From Ascidiella aspersa (Eukaryota), in assembly GCA_963924565.1 (NCBI GenBank), contig OZ004608.1, positions 9,362,001 through 9,426,000 of the forward strand: a DNA stretch of 64,000 nt, given 5' to 3'. Below the pieces are notes generated by a model. It was given only the letters and a program-made list of their open reading frames with translations, searched no databases and was not told the DNA's origin. Made by a program: the position numbers and the translations under genes. Positions 62,234 through 64,000 of the stretch are shown one piece after another. The number at the start of each line of letters is the position of its first letter. The stretch's first letter is position 1.

Positions 62234-64000
62234 TATACCTTAATGCTATGTGATTTGCTAGAGCAGCAAAATCACACTCAAATCGAACGACATTACGCAA
62301 CCTACAGGTTCAAACATCTCTAGTTTCAGAAAAAATAGATTATGTGGTTAGGATGTGCGTGATTATACGAAAAATCTTTGAAAAATTTTCAAAGCATCCT
62401 AAAACAAGAATGAGTTCAGTTGATATTTAGATTACAGGTTAAACAAATCATAAAGCATTTTGTAAAAAATGAAAATCGAGACGTCATACCACTGAAATTA
62501 CTATGTCAGATTGCATGATTTTCGCTTTCTTAGCGTGCTATGTTTGATCTGATGTAATTGTTCTAAGTGAGACAAGACGTTAGGTCAAAATTTGTCACAA
62601 TTTTAGTGAAAGTATCAGAAAATTGTTGGTATCATAATAAAAAAAAATATTAAAATATAATAAATGATCAGTTTGCTAGCTTTGCTAGACTATTGTGCTG
62701 TTACTGACAAATTTAGATAAACATAAGCATGTGTATCGACCCAAATTTCCCTTTCTATCAGTCAAACTCATTTTGACGTCTTGTATTCAATAAACCGACA
62801 CACTATTTTTATGTACGCAAGCAGTACAGCGTCTAAAGCTTACTGCCTGTTACAACCTGCGCTTGTCAACCAGCGTTAACCAACAGTACGTCTCCATAAA
62901 AGCTAAAGCACTGCCAAACTCAAAGATTAGAACCTAACGAGTGATGACCTAAGTCCTTTTGAGACCTGTTTGTTAAATTTCCAGCTGAAAAATCGGCTTG
63001 CCAATATCCACTTAAAGATAACTTGTACGCACTGTAAAAATATGCCCATCAACACCCAGCCTGTGGCTAAAATATGTTTATTTTGGCGTTAAAATTATCT
63101 GCCAAAATTATTTTGCCGACTAGCCCTTGGTCCCAAACACTAACCAAACCGACACCCTTTAAGGGCTCTGCACACCAGACACGGTGACGGCTGGCGATAA
63201 GCGGCGTCAACGGTTGATCGCGTTTCTTCCGCCTGTCTGGCCAGTTTGTTGGGCAATATGTTTCTACACATTTTCATTCCGCTTTTGATCCTTGTACTGG
63301 CTGCTACCAGAATCATATATACAGGGAGAATCCTGCACCAATTGTATCAGCACTTCATTGAATTCCATTGTTTTTTAAGCAAAAGTTTATCTAAACAAAA
63401 CTCTACAACACAACACCAAAATAATTAAATCAAACCAACATTATTGCACCTTTCATCGTGTCTTTCATTCTTTTTGCGACACTTTAAAAAAAATATTAGG
63501 GAAAGACAAACTGTACCCTTACCATAAATAAATTTTACATAAACCTTCTATCCTCAAGTAAACTAACTTAAAACTACGAAATTGTCCCGTTGCAACAAGG
63601 TTCTGCACACAGCTCTTCAGTCTGCAAGTAGTGCGGCTGACGGAAAAGTTAAATCTGATTTAACTTTATTTATATATATATATAAACCTATATAAACCTA
63701 AACAAACACAAATACGGTATTCTATGTCGACACTCTTTGACAAACTAGACACGAGTCAATTTCAAATACTTTTTGACTTTTTAACTACATAAGTGTGAAA
63801 AATCTTTGTAAGTCCGGGTTGTTTGCGGTTTGATGCTGTCTTTTGGACTAGATCAGAGCTTTTTACCTGCGCTCTGGAAGGCTGCCAAAGTGCCAAATGC
63901 GTCGCGGACAACGGAAAGCGTATTCAAAAATATTGGAGATAAATATTTTAAGACTTTTTTTATTTTTATTTTCGGCAATTTAATAAAAACATGCAACGGC

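Larger units (their letters stand above)
22475..64000. repeat. Tandem segmental triplication, ~13 kb unit (approx. 22475-35126, 35127-48093, 48094-window end)
   Basis: Collinear homology of CYP intron 9/exon 10, 3' flank, all Fringe-like exons and much intron and upstream sequence. Near-identical junction at ~35127 and ~48094. Confidence 0.9.

Noticed and set aside
63160-64000. Possible PIF/Harbinger-like element starting GGGCTCTGCACAC
   Set aside because: No matching inverted end or TSD is visible inside the window, so it cannot be delimited.

Overview
AT-rich, intron-containing animal genomic DNA. The short GT-AG introns, patchy CpG depletion and gene families suggest an invertebrate chordate such as an ascidian, but that is inference only. 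Bases ~1-23.8 kb hold four tandem, apparently intact clan-2 (CYP2-like) cytochrome P450 genes on + (9, 9, 9 and 10 exons; 492-493 aa by manual splicing). A cryptic, probably decayed multi-exon gene lies on - between CYP-C and CYP-D. From ~22.5 kb to the end is a ~13 kb unit repeated three times. Each copy has an intact 7-exon Fringe-like (GT31) glycosyltransferase gene on - and the last exon of CYP-D on +. Both orphan copies of that exon keep their splice acceptor and reading frame. Introns and spacers contain a decayed Buster-type hAT transposon, a 5'-truncated Penelope-like retroelement, a solo LTR and many MITEs, several with visible TSDs and empty sites in sister copies. Two minimal hammerhead-ribozyme motifs lie in sense orientation in introns 1 and 5 of the third Fringe-like gene. 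All exon coordinates were read by eye.
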